64,000 nucleotides of DNA from an uncultured Acidobacteriota bacterium. Its GTDB lineage: Bacteria; Acidobacteriota; Thermoanaerobaculia; Gp7-AA8. Positions 11,181-21,227 of this stretch are shown here, piece by piece; position 1 is the first letter of the stretch; each line of letters starts with the position of its first letter. A program made the position numbers and the translations under genes. The DNA lies in assembly GCA_963741955.1 (NCBI GenBank), contig CAVUKB010000005.1, forward strand, positions 256,001 through 320,000, written 5' to 3'. The notes below the pieces were generated by a model. The model was not told where the DNA came from, did not search any database, and was given only the letters and a program-made list of their open reading frames with translations.

Positions 11181-12251
11181 CTACTCGAATCCAGGGAGCA
11201 GCATCTCGGGCGATTCTTCCTCTTCTGGCGGAAAGTTCGAAACGCCGATCCCCGCCAGGCGAAACTTCGTCCCCTCCGGAAAATCGAAGCGGGAGAGAAG
11301 CTCGTTGGCGATGGTCCTGAGATCGTCCGGCGACGCCGGCGGCCGAGGCGGTGTGGTCTGTCGGGTCGCGGTCGTGAAGTCCGCTGCGCGAAGCTTCACC
11401 GTCACGGTGCGACCGAACATCCGTTTCTTTTCCAGGCTCTTCCAGAGCTCTTCGGCGGCCACGGCGATCCTTTCGCGGATCTCGTCGAGGGTCAGGTCGA
11501 AACGGAACGTGTTCTCGGACGAGATCTGTTTCGCCCTCTGATGCGGAACGACCGGATGCTCGTCGATTCCCCTCGCCAGTTCCCAGAGGCGGTCTCCGAA
11601 CTTTCCGAAGCGCTCCGCGAGAGCCTCCCGTTCCCATCTCCGCAGCTGTCCCACGGTGGCGATCCCCATCTCGGTGAGGATCGCTTCGGTCGCCTTCCCC
11701 ACTCCCGGGATCTTTCCGACCGGCAACGGCTCGAGAAACCGCTCGACCTGGTTCGGACGAATCACGAAGAGCCCGTCGGGCTTGCGCCAGTCCGAAGCGA
11801 TCTTCGCCAGGAACTTGTTCGGCGCCACCCCGGCGGAGGCAGTCAGCTGCGTCTCCTCCAGGATCTCACGACGGATCACCTTCGCCGCCTCCGTCGCGGT
11901 CGGGATTCCGGTCCGCTCCTCCGTGACGTCGAGATAGGCCTCGTCGAGCGAGAGCGGCTCGACCATCTCGGTGTGACGAAGGAAGATCTCCCGGACCTGC
12001 CGCGACACGGCACGGTATCGTTCGAAGTCGGGGCGCACGAGGATTGCCGCGGGACAGAGCCGCAACGCCCGGCGAACCGGCATCGCCGAACGGACGCCGA
12101 ACTTCCGGATCTCGTACGACGCCGCCACGACGACTCCGCGCTCTTCCGCAGACCACGCGACGATGACCGGTTTACCCTTCAGCGAAGGGTCGTCGCGCTG
12201 CTCGACGGACGCGTAGAACGCGTCCATGTCCACGTGGATGATCTTGCGCAT
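11181..12251 (-). CDS. dinB: DNA polymerase IV
   Basis: IIHVDMDAFYASVEQRD, SLDEAYLD, SAGVAPNKFLAKIASD. Confidence 0.96.
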   Translation of the reverse strand: MRKIIHVDMDAFYASVEQRDDPSLKGKPVIVAWSAEERGVVVAASYEIRKFGVRSAMPVRRALRLCPAAILVRPDFERYRAVSRQVREIFLRHTEMVEPLSLDEAYLDVTEERTGIPTATEAAKVIRREILEETQLTASAGVAPNKFLAKIASDWRKPDGLFVIRPNQVERFLEPLPVGKIPGVGKATEAILTEMGIATVGQLRRWEREALAERFGKFGDRLWELARGIDEHPVVPHQRAKQISSENTFRFDLTLDEIRERIAVAAEELWKSLEKKRMFGRTVTVKLRAADFTTATRQTTPPRPPASPDDLRTIANELLSRFDFPEGTKFRLAGIGVSNFPPEEEESPEMLLPGFE

Positions 12252-12357
12252 GCTCGGGTCTGACCGTCGCGTTCAAATGCTCATTGCGACTCGTTCCAGC
12301 CGCTATTATCCGCGATCCCGCTGACATAGAATGCCGCTGGTTTTTGGGAGGACCGGA

Positions 12358-13335
12358 ATGAAACACGTGCAACCCATTTCCGTCGCGATCTACGGGCTCG
12401 GACCGATCGGCGCCGAGATCGCGAAACTGATGCTCAGGAAACCGTGGCTCAAGGTCGTCGCCGCCGTGGACATCGATCCGAACAAGGTCGGCAAGGACCT
12501 GGGCGAGGTGATCGGTACGGGACAAAAGACAGGCATCATCGTCACGAAAGAGCTCGAGACGAGGTGCGACGCGGTCTGTCACTCCACGCTGTCGCGTCTC
12601 ACCCAGGTCGAGCAGCAGCTCCTGACCCTGCTCAACAAGGGATGTCACGTCGTCTCGACCTGTGAGGAGCTCTCGTTCCCTCTCGACCCCACCATCCGCG
12701 AGAATCTCCAGCACGCCGCCCGTGCGGCGAACGTCACGCTTCTCGGCACCGGAGTCAATCCGGGGTTCGTGATGGACAAGCTTCCCCTCACCATCACGTC
12801 GGTGTGCCAGGAAGTCCGCGAGGTCAACGTCTTCCGCGTCGTCGACGCATCACTGCGCCGCGAGCCTCTGCAACGAAAAGTCGGCGCAGGCATCAGCAGA
12901 GAAGAGTTCCAGAAGCGCGTCGAAGCCGGGACGCTGAAACACATGGGGCTGAAGGAATCGCTGATGATGATCGCCGACGGGATGAACGTACATCTCGAGG
13001 AAGTCAGCGAAGAGAAGATCATGCCGATGATCGCCGATCACGAGATCACGACGCAGTACTTCAAGGTCGCACCGGGAGAGGTCGCCGGCGTGCACCAGAC
13101 GATCAGCGGAAAAGGAAAGATCGACATCAGTCTGGATATCAAAATGTACGTCGGAGCGACGGATCCCGCCGACCGGGTGGAGGTCAAAGGGATTCCCGAC
13201 GTCTCGATGGTGATCACGGGAGGAGTCCACGGAGATCGCGCGACGGCGGCGATGGCGGTGAACTCGATCCCGCGCGTCGTGGTGGCTCGGCCCGGGCTCC
13301 TGACGATGGACGACATTCCGATCAGCTACCGCTGA
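12358..13335 (+). CDS. NAD(P)-dependent amine dehydrogenase (2,4-diaminopentanoate dehydrogenase / DapB-like family)
   Basis: GGAGG RBS; YGLGPIG Rossmann motif; STCEEL, GTGVNPGFVMD, GGVHGDRAT. Confidence 0.7.
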   Translation: MKHVQPISVAIYGLGPIGAEIAKLMLRKPWLKVVAAVDIDPNKVGKDLGEVIGTGQKTGIIVTKELETRCDAVCHSTLSRLTQVEQQLLTLLNKGCHVVSTCEELSFPLDPTIRENLQHAARAANVTLLGTGVNPGFVMDKLPLTITSVCQEVREVNVFRVVDASLRREPLQRKVGAGISREEFQKRVEAGTLKHMGLKESLMMIADGMNVHLEEVSEEKIMPMIADHEITTQYFKVAPGEVAGVHQTISGKGKIDISLDIKMYVGATDPADRVEVKGIPDVSMVITGGVHGDRATAAMAVNSIPRVVVARPGLLTMDDIPISYR

Positions 13336-13354
13336 GTCGATCGTGCTGACGGCC

Positions 13355-15465
13355 TGGGTTGGACGTCCTCGTCCGATGCCCAGTGGGTTGGACGTCCCGT
13401 CCGATGCAGGGTGGCCCAGTGGGTTGGACGTCCCGTCCGATGCAGGGTGGCGTCCCGCGCCACCCTGCTCCAGGCAAGTTACGACGATCCTCCCGAGAAG
13501 AGAGACACGAACCGACCGCGGCGCGAGAGGAGCGATCCGCGTGGCGTTGTCGCCATCGCTCCCCGGCAGGATGCCGGGGAGCCTCGCGCGGGACGGCGAC
13601 CCACTTTCCCGCAACCCACTTGTTGGTTGGACGTCTCGTCCGATGCAGGGTCGCCCAGTGGGTTGGACGTCTCGTCCGATGCAGGGTGGCGTCCCGCGCC
13701 GCCCTGCTCCGCGCAAGTTACGACGATCTTCCCGAGAAGAGAGACACGAACGCCACGCCGCGCGAGAGGAACGATTCGCGTCGCGTTGACGCCATCGCTC
13801 CCCGGCAGGATGCCGGGGAGCCTCGCGCGAGACGCGCGACCCACTTTCCCGGAACCCACATGTGGGTTGGACGTCCCGTCCGATGCAGGGTGGCCCAGTG
13901 GGTTGGACGTCTCGTCCGATGCAGCGTGGCGTCCCGCGCCGCCCTGCTCCAGGCAAGTTACGACGCTCTTCCCGAGAAGAGGGACACGAACCGACCGCGG
14001 CGCGAGAGGAACGATTCGCGTCGCGTTGACGCCATCGCTCCCCGGCAGGATGCCGGGGAGCCTCGCGCGAGACGCGCGACCCACTTTCCCGCAACCCACT
14101 TGTGGGTTGGACGTCCCGTCCGATGCAGGGTGGCCCAGTGGGTTGGACGTCTCGTCCGATGCAGGGTGGCGTCCCGCGCCACCCTGCCCAGGGCAAGTTA
14201 CGACGATCCTCCCGAGAAGAGAGACACGAACGGACTGCATCGCGAGAGGAGCGATCCGCGTGGCGTTGTCGCCATCGCTCCCCGGCAGGATGCCGGGGAG
14301 CCTCGCGCGAGACGCGCGACCCACTTTCCCGCAACCCACTTGTGGGTTGGACGTCCCGTCCGATGCAGGGTGGCCCAGTGGGTTGGACGTCCCGTCCGAT
14401 GCAGGGTGGCGTCCCGCGCCACCCTGCTCCAGGCAAGTTACGACGCTCTTCCCGAGAAGAGGGACACGAACCGACCCCGGCGCGAGAGGAGCGATCCGCG
14501 TGGCGTTGTCGCCATCGCTCCACGGCAGGATGCCGGGGAGCCTCGCGCGAGACGCGCGACCCACTTTCCCGCGACCCACATGTGGGTTGGACGTCTCGTC
14601 CGATGCAGGGTGGCGTCCCGCGCCACCCTGCTCCAGGCAAGTTACGACGATCCTCCCGAGAAGAGAGACACGAACGGACTGCATCGCGAGAGGAGCGATC
14701 CGCGTGGCGTTGTCGCCATCGCTCCCCGGCAGGATGCCGGGGAGCCTCGCGCGAGACGCGCGACCCACTATGCAGCGTGGCGTCCCGCGCCGCCCTGCTC
14801 CGCGCAAGTTACGACGATCCTCCCGAGAAGAGAGACACGAACGGACTGCATCGCGAGAGGAGCGATCCGCGTGGCGTTGAGGCCATCGCTCCCCGGCAGG
14901 ATGTCGGGGAGCCTCGCGCGAGACGCGCGACCCACTTTCCCGCGACCCACTTGTGGGTTGGACTTCCCGTCCGATGCAGGGTGGCCCAGTGGGTTGGACG
15001 TCTCGTCCGATGCAGGGTGGCGTCCCGCGCCGCCCTGCCCAGGGCAAGTTGCCACGATCCTCCCGAGAAGAGAGACACGAACGGACTGCATCGCGAGAGG
15101 AGCGATCCGCGTGGCGTTGTCGCCATCGCTCCCCGGCAGGATGCCGGGGAGCCTCGCGCGAGACGCGCGACCCACTTTCCCGCGACCCACATGTGGGTTG
15201 GACGTCTCGTCCGATGCAGGGTGGCCCAGTGGGTTGGACGTCTCGTCCGATGCAGGGTGGCGTCCCGCGCCACCCTGCTCCAGGCAAGTTACGACGATCC
15301 TCCCGAGAAGAGAGACACGAACGGACTGCATCGCGAGAGGAGCGATCCGCGTGGCGTTGTCGCCATCGCTCCCCGGCAGGATGCCGGGGAGCCTCGCGCG
15401 GGATGCGCGACCCACTTTGATGCGCGACCCACCACGATGTGCGACCGACTTGCGTGGGTCGCGAG
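13355..15465. repeat. Mosaic multi-hairpin REP/REPIN-like tandem array 1 (9 units)
   Basis: Hairpin CTCCCCGGCA-GGA-TGCCGGGGAG at 13559, 13798, 14038, 14278, 14518, 14722, 14889, 15129, 15369 (spacings 239, 240, 240, 240, 204, 167, 240, 240). Lies between convergent genes. Confidence 0.95.
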
Positions 15466-15471
15466 TTGCGG

Positions 15472-16737
15472 CTACTTGCCGAGATATTTCAGCATCTCGC
15501 GCGCGGATCCCGCTTCGGGATCTTTCGGCGCGAGCTCGAGAAACTTCTCGAGATCACTCCTGGCCTGAGCATTCGCTCCCGACCCCGCCTCGATGACACC
15601 GAGGTAGTAGTACGCCTGAGGGTAACTCGGATCGACCTTCAGAGCCTTCCGGAAACGGTCACCCGAGACCTTCAGGTCATTCGCGTCGTACGCTTCGAAC
15701 GCGAGCTGGAGCAGTCCGTCACGCGCGATCTTCGGCTCGTACGGCGCGAGATCGGCGAGCGCATCGACGAGACGCTTCTTGTCTCCCAGTCCGAGTGCCG
15801 CGTTGTAACGCAGACGGATCGCCTGCTCGTTCTTCGGGTCGGCCTTCAGCACCGATTCCGCCGCGTCGAGTGCTTCACGGTACCGTCCGATCTTCTCCGC
15901 AGCCGTCGCGAGCCCGAACAGCGCTTCCTGCAGATTCGGATCGAGATTCAGAGCCTCCTGGAACTTCGCGAACGCTCCCGCAGGATCTCCCGTCTTCAGG
16001 AGTTCGACCCCATCATTGTGAAACTTCTTGGCCTCTTCCTTCGCTCGTCCGATCTTTTCGAGGTCCTTCTGAGCCTCGGCGGCCTTCTCGTCGTTCTTCA
16101 GATTCTTGTACGCTTTCCACCGGTCGAGATACACCGACTCTTCAGTGGAACCGAGCGCGATCGCCTTCTCGGCCGCCGCCGCCGCGACGTCGTTCTGTCC
16201 CAGGGCCAGCTCCGCCGACGTCAGGACTTCCCACGCCTGAACCAGCCTCGGGTCGTGCTCCGTCGCCTCACGCAGTTTTTGCACCGCCGTCGCATAGTCG
16301 TTCGCCTTGAACGCAGCAAGACCGGCGTTGTAAGCCTCGACCGCGGGCTCGTTCGTGGATGTTGGTGGGGCGACCGCTCCCGGCGGCACGGCTTCGGCGG
16401 TAGCGAGAGGCATCTTCCATTCGAAGAAGCCGTCGCCTTCGGTCTTCCACTCCTGATTCACCTCGACCGTCTGGTATCCGGCCTTCTCGAATCGGTAGTG
16501 GTAGGTCACTCCGGCTTTCCGGAAATCGACCACGAATACGCCTTTCGCGTTCGTGGTTTCGACGTCATGGAAGCCGGACACGTCCGGGGACGTCACCGTC
16601 ACCATCACTCCCTCGATGGCCTTGCCATCGGGATCGACAATCTTTCCCGTGAGCCGTCCCACGCGCTGCGCGAGGACGAGCGACGGGAGCAGAATCAGCA
16701 GGAGTGGAAGCCATGCAAATTTGCGCAGGGCAGGCAT
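15472..16737 (-). CDS. Secreted TPR protein with N-terminal carboxypeptidase-regulatory-like domain
   Basis: GAGAGG RBS; signal peptide MPALRKFAWLPLLLILL; 'GRLTGKIVDPDGKAIEGVMVT'; multiple TPRs. The longer ORF extension to 17409 is rejected. Confidence 0.8.
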   Translation of the reverse strand: MPALRKFAWLPLLLILLPSLVLAQRVGRLTGKIVDPDGKAIEGVMVTVTSPDVSGFHDVETTNAKGVFVVDFRKAGVTYHYRFEKAGYQTVEVNQEWKTEGDGFFEWKMPLATAEAVPPGAVAPPTSTNEPAVEAYNAGLAAFKANDYATAVQKLREATEHDPRLVQAWEVLTSAELALGQNDVAAAAAEKAIALGSTEESVYLDRWKAYKNLKNDEKAAEAQKDLEKIGRAKEEAKKFHNDGVELLKTGDPAGAFAKFQEALNLDPNLQEALFGLATAAEKIGRYREALDAAESVLKADPKNEQAIRLRYNAALGLGDKKRLVDALADLAPYEPKIARDGLLQLAFEAYDANDLKVSGDRFRKALKVDPSYPQAYYYLGVIEAGSGANAQARSDLEKFLELAPKDPEAGSAREMLKYLGK

Positions 16738-16977
16738 TGCAGTCACCTCTCTCGATCTTTCAGTCTCTCTTTCATATGTCATCCTGGGAGACGTGCCGAG
16801 GGTACGAACTCTCAGGCACGCAGCCCGCGTGCCGTCGGCGGAAACGCGTCTGCGCCGCCGAGGCGGGGTGTCACGATTTCGGAAATGACGGATGAGACGA
16901 CAGAATTCCCGACGGCCGGCCGCACGCATCCGGCCGCCGACAGGGCCGAATGGCCAGTTTACCGGACGGAGGCATGG

Positions 16978-17385
16978 ATGACGACGCACCGACTCACTCC
17001 AATCGCTTTGATTTTCTCGCTTCTGGGCACGATTCTGATCGCTTGTGTTTCTTCGCCACGGGCGACGAATGCGGCGCCGACCTGCTTCGATTCCACGTGG
17101 ATCCAGAGCCTGTCCCCGCTCGGTGACCGATTCGTCTATGCGCGGGTCGGCACCAACCAGTCCTATCTCCTGACTCTGAACGTCGTCGATCCGAACCTCG
17201 ACGCGGCCCTCGGCTTCACGATCTCGGGCGATCTGAACCGGGTCTGTTCCGACGGCGGCTCGCTGCTCACCTACACCGCCGCAGGGCACTCCACCATCGC
17301 TCGCATCACCGACGTTGAGAAGGTCGACAATTTCGAGGAAGCGCGAAAGCTCGCGGAACGGCGGAGTGGTGGACGAACGAAATGA
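16978..17385 (+). CDS. Hypothetical lipoprotein
   Basis: GGAGG RBS at 16968; lipobox ILIAC; two further Cys residues; 135 aa. Confidence 0.6.
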   Translation: MTTHRLTPIALIFSLLGTILIACVSSPRATNAAPTCFDSTWIQSLSPLGDRFVYARVGTNQSYLLTLNVVDPNLDAALGFTISGDLNRVCSDGGSLLTYTAAGHSTIARITDVEKVDNFEEARKLAERRSGGRTK

Positions 17386-17468
17386 AGTGAGCAGCTTCGC
17401 AACTTCCATTTCAGCGCCGGGAGTCCGGACGGCGGGACTGTTCCTCTCATGCCGGCTTCTGAAAACGA

Positions 17469-17492
17469 GAGGCGGTCCCGAAGGACCGCCTC
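17469..17492 (-). terminator. Probable intrinsic terminator of the TonB-dependent receptor gene
   Basis: GAGGCGGTCC-CGAA-GGACCGCCTC 10-bp stem, followed on the minus strand by TCGTTTTC, 22 nt past the stop codon. Confidence 0.6.
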
Positions 17493-17514
17493 AGTCGTTT
17501 ACCTCGAGCAGTGG

Positions 17515-20500
17515 CTACTGCAGGTGGAAGGTCAGAGCTCCGTGGATGTACCGTCCGTACGGATCGTACAGGCCGGCGAATCCGGGAGCGTAGTCGACGA
17601 AGCTGAGACCCGCGCCGAGAGGCGGAGTCTTGTCCGCGATGTTGTTCACGCCGACCGACAGCGAGACATTCTGCATCAGGTTGTAGTTCGCGCTGAGGTC
17701 GAAGTAGTTCGTCGCCGGCAATTGATAGCTGCCGACGGCCTTGTACGCAGCAAGATCTCCAGGAGCATAAAGCGCCGGTGCAGGATTCGACGCATCGATC
17801 TTCGTCTGTCCGATGTAGCGCCACCCCAGCGTCACCGCGGCGGGACCGAACTGGTAGGTGAAGTACATCAGGTGACTCCAGTCGGTATCCGGCTCTCCAC
17901 ACTGATCGCCGAAGTATCCCTGGCAGTCATACGCGTACAGCCCTGTGTTGATGTAGTCCTTCAACATGTACGTCCCGATCAGGCTGACGTTGAAGGAGTT
18001 CGAGCCCATCGGCTTGAGCCAGCTGCTCGTGACGTCGACGCCTTCTCCCTTGTTCTGACCGATGTTGACGTTCGTGGCCACCGTGTAGCCCTGGGGCGTC
18101 AGCCAGAGGGTTCCGAGTGCGTCGCGGTGGATCAGGGAACAGAGGTCCGGGTCGCCCGTGTCGGCGCAGGCGGAGATCACCTGGTCGGCGCCGAGGGTCC
18201 CGATGGTGTCCTTGAGCTTGATGTTGTAGTAGTCGAATGTCGCGTTGAAGTTCGGCAGTCCGCGCGGAGTCAGCACGAGGCCGAGAGTGTACGTATCGGC
18301 GATCTCTGGATTGAGGTCCGGATTGCCGCCGGAGAGCGTGTTGTACTGCTCGGCGGGGTTGTCCAGGATGTGACCGTACTGAGCGGGGGTGACTCCGGTG
18401 CGCTGGCACTGTTCGAGCGTCGCGCTCGGGTTCTCGCCCGCGCAGATGTCCTGGCTGCCGCCGAGCGTGATGCCCTGCGGGCGGAACAGCTCGACGATGT
18501 TCGGAGAACGAGTCGCGCGGTTGTAACCGCCTCGGATCTTGAAGTCGGCCGTCGGCGCATACGACACCTGCGCCTTGTAGGTCGGGAACCGGCCGGTGGT
18601 GCTGTAGTCGGAAGTACGATAGCCGAGGCTGACGCTAAGGTCCTTCGCACCTGGCACGCCCTGCATGATCGGGAGGAGCAATTCGGCGAACATCTCGTTC
18701 GCGTGGTAGCTACCGACCACCGGAGGCGTCGGGCCACCCTGCCCGGCTCCGATTCCGAGCTGATATGCCTGATCCGGTTGGAAGTTGATCGAGAAGCGGT
18801 TGAAGGAGTATCCGAGCGCGAGTTTCACGCCTTCGGCCGCCGTCGGGAACGTGATCCCGTACTGACCGAGATCGGCCCGGGCCGTCGCGTCCAGCGTCTG
18901 TGTGACCAGGTCGGTGTTCGAGAGGAGCGGAATCCTGATGTAGTCGAGGGCAGCCTGGGTGACGCCGCCAACCTTGAAGAGATTCCAAGGAACGCAGCCT
19001 TCGCTGCGGGCCGTGGCATCCCGGCACTGCCAGGTGGACGGGTCGTTCGGATCACCGGTGACGAACAGCGCCTGCTGCAGACGGCGCGAATCGAGATCGT
19101 TGATGTAGGTCTCCGGGACTTTCGTGTCGGCGTGCACACCGGAAACGTCATAGCTCCACGCCTTGTTGATGTCTCCCTTCATCCCGCCGACGATGCGGTA
19201 CGACTGGTGGGTCAGGAGGTCCGTCCGCGCGCCGCCTTCGACATTGCGGCGACCGATGTAGAGGGGAGCGTCGTCAGTCGGACCGTAGCCGTTGTCGGTG
19301 CAGATGATCTGGCGCTCCTGCGCGCTCATCATCGGGTTGTCACAGTTGATGGCACTGGTCGAGAAGAAGTTCCCCGAAGGTGCGATCTGTGCGTCGGTGT
19401 TGTCGTCCATCAGCATGACCGAGCCATAGCCCTGTGCATGCGAGTTGAAGTTGTAGTTGAGGAATCCTCCCGCCGTCCATCTGCGGTCCGGACGCTGCAT
19501 GTAGTTGTACGTCGCAAAATTGAAGAGAGCATACCCGGGCTTGAACGTATCTCCGGGTCCGGCGGTGTCGAGAGTGTAGGACTTACCCGTGTCGGGAACG
19601 AGGAAGCGGCCGAGCGGAGTGGTCGACGAGCCGCTGCAGGCGGGGCCGCTCGCGCTAAGACCGGTCACCGAACAGTTGGTGTAATCTCGACGGTCCTTGA
19701 GAAGCGCCTGGTTCTCGCGGTAGTCGACGTAAAACATTCCGTGGCCCTTCTCCGAACCGAACTTTCCGCCGTATGCGGCGTAGGCCTCGAGCTGCCCGCC
19801 GTCCCACACGCTTCCGGTCGGTACGTTGAATCCGCGCGCTTCATTGATCTGGCGCGCGACCGCGCTGTCGTTGTTGTGCTGGAACCCGCCTCCGAGAATT
19901 CCGGCCTTCAGGCCTTCGAACTCGGTATCGAGGACGAAGTTCACCACGCCCGCGACGGCGTCGGCACCGTACACGGCAGATGCGCCGCCGGTGAGAACGT
20001 CGACGCGTTTCACCAGTTCGCCCGGGATCATGTTCAGATCGGGCGAGAGGGCGAACCGGTCACCGGCCGGCATACGATGGCCGTTGACCAGGACGAGGGT
20101 GCGCGTCGCTCCGAGGTGTCGGAGATCGATTGTTGCGGTTCCCGACGCACCATTCGAATACGTGGAGTTCTGTGCGGTGAAGATCTGCGGCAGGTTGGTG
20201 AGGAATTCCTCCACCCGCGTCGAGCCCTGATATTTCAGCTGCTCCACGTCGAGTGTGGTCACCGGGCTCATCGACTCGATCGTCGGACGCGGAATCAGCG
20301 ATCCGGTGACGGTCACCTCTTCGCCGTACTTCGCCCCGGTTGCAGCTTGCAGATCGGCATCGAGCGTCGCGCTCTGGTCGGCCCCGATCGTGACGTGCTT
20401 CGTCATGGTCTCGAAACCCTGAAGCTCGTACGTGACCGCGTAATCTCCCGCGAAGAGACCCGCGAACTCGTAACTCCCTGCAGCGTTCGTCGTGGTCGTC

Positions 20501-20667
20501 CGGGATCCGGTCAGAACGGGCGATGTGACCGTAACCGTCACGCCCGGGACCGCCGTCCCTGCGGCAGTCACCGTTCCGCTCAGCGACCCCGTCGTGGTTT
20601 GCCCGAGGGCACCCATGGCCACGAACAGGAAACCGATTGTGAGGACCAGGAAACGATTCAACTTCAT
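17515..20667 (-). CDS. TonB-dependent receptor with N-terminal carboxypeptidase-regulatory-like domain
   Basis: AAGGAGGT RBS; signal peptide MKLNRFLV; TonB-box-like EEVTVTGS; plug 'RTLVLVNGHR...RVDVLTGGASAVYGADAVAGVVNF'; beta-barrel C-terminus. Confidence 0.93.
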   Translation of the reverse strand: MKLNRFLVLTIGFLFVAMGALGQTTTGSLSGTVTAAGTAVPGVTVTVTSPVLTGSRTTTTNAAGSYEFAGLFAGDYAVTYELQGFETMTKHVTIGADQSATLDADLQAATGAKYGEEVTVTGSLIPRPTIESMSPVTTLDVEQLKYQGSTRVEEFLTNLPQIFTAQNSTYSNGASGTATIDLRHLGATRTLVLVNGHRMPAGDRFALSPDLNMIPGELVKRVDVLTGGASAVYGADAVAGVVNFVLDTEFEGLKAGILGGGFQHNNDSAVARQINEARGFNVPTGSVWDGGQLEAYAAYGGKFGSEKGHGMFYVDYRENQALLKDRRDYTNCSVTGLSASGPACSGSSTTPLGRFLVPDTGKSYTLDTAGPGDTFKPGYALFNFATYNYMQRPDRRWTAGGFLNYNFNSHAQGYGSVMLMDDNTDAQIAPSGNFFSTSAINCDNPMMSAQERQIICTDNGYGPTDDAPLYIGRRNVEGGARTDLLTHQSYRIVGGMKGDINKAWSYDVSGVHADTKVPETYINDLDSRRLQQALFVTGDPNDPSTWQCRDATARSEGCVPWNLFKVGGVTQAALDYIRIPLLSNTDLVTQTLDATARADLGQYGITFPTAAEGVKLALGYSFNRFSINFQPDQAYQLGIGAGQGGPTPPVVGSYHANEMFAELLLPIMQGVPGAKDLSVSLGYRTSDYSTTGRFPTYKAQVSYAPTADFKIRGGYNRATRSPNIVELFRPQGITLGGSQDICAGENPSATLEQCQRTGVTPAQYGHILDNPAEQYNTLSGGNPDLNPEIADTYTLGLVLTPRGLPNFNATFDYYNIKLKDTIGTLGADQVISACADTGDPDLCSLIHRDALGTLWLTPQGYTVATNVNIGQNKGEGVDVTSSWLKPMGSNSFNVSLIGTYMLKDYINTGLYAYDCQGYFGDQCGEPDTDWSHLMYFTYQFGPAAVTLGWRYIGQTKIDASNPAPALYAPGDLAAYKAVGSYQLPATNYFDLSANYNLMQNVSLSVGVNNIADKTPPLGAGLSFVDYAPGFAGLYDPYGRYIHGALTFHLQ

Positions 20668-20951
20668 CGGGACCTCCTTCTCTTTCGTCGTGAAAACCTC
20701 ATTCAGGGGTGATTCTGGACCTGGACCTGTTCTCCGCATTCGATCACTGATCGTTCACAGGAACGACACGGATTATTGACGGAAACGGTACTGCGTTTCG
20801 AAGTCGAAGTCCATAGACAAGCTCGTAATGCTGATTTCAACTCTTGCCTTTTCAGTGACTTCGCGACGTTTCACCCCGCTCGGGCGTAAGAACGTCTTCA
20901 TGAATGGCTTGGGAGGCAATGTCACGATTCGGTGAACGAGAACCGGCGTGC

Positions 20952-20967
20952 TGCAACGGTGGTGCCG
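20952..20967 (-). promoter_or_regulatory. Putative sigma54 promoter for the TonB-dependent receptor
   Basis: Minus strand CGGCACCACCGTTGCA (GG-N10-GC), about 285 nt upstream of the ATG. Confidence 0.5.
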
Positions 20968-21227
20968 TTGAACGCGATTCCGTAACTCGAGCGAATGCAA
21001 AGACTTGTGACCGGCCGCGTTCGCATTCGATTCGAGAATCCGAAACATCGATACAGATTCTCGGAGGATGGTCGTTCGTCTCTGCCGCGGGGCGTGCAGC
21101 TCCGGGAGGATGCCACCAGGAACAACCGGCGGTTTCGGAATTCCGAATTCCGGTTTTGGGTCCCGAATGGACCTCGAGTAGCCGGTGATTCAGAAATCGG
21201 AATCGCCGATTCTGTGCCTGGCAACGA

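Noticed and set aside
12252-12357. LexA/SOS box upstream of dinB
   Set aside because: Two GTTC motifs are 18 nt apart rather than 7, and no CTGT-N8-ACAG or GAAC-N4-GTTC is visible.
13343-15596. Long ORFs (490-745 aa) in several frames across repeat array 1, and similar ones over arrays 2-4
   Set aside because: Open on both strands and in several frames only because the GC-rich unit has few stops. Unit lengths (239, 167, 218) break frame; Arg/Pro/Gly-rich translations, no clear RBS.
17449-20712. 1087-aa plus-strand ORF antisense to the TonB receptor, and other long antisense ORFs (e.g. 15439-17385 upstream part, 51529-53778 upstream part, 25976-27814)
   Set aside because: Shadow ORFs produced by GC3-biased codon usage of the real genes on the opposite strand.
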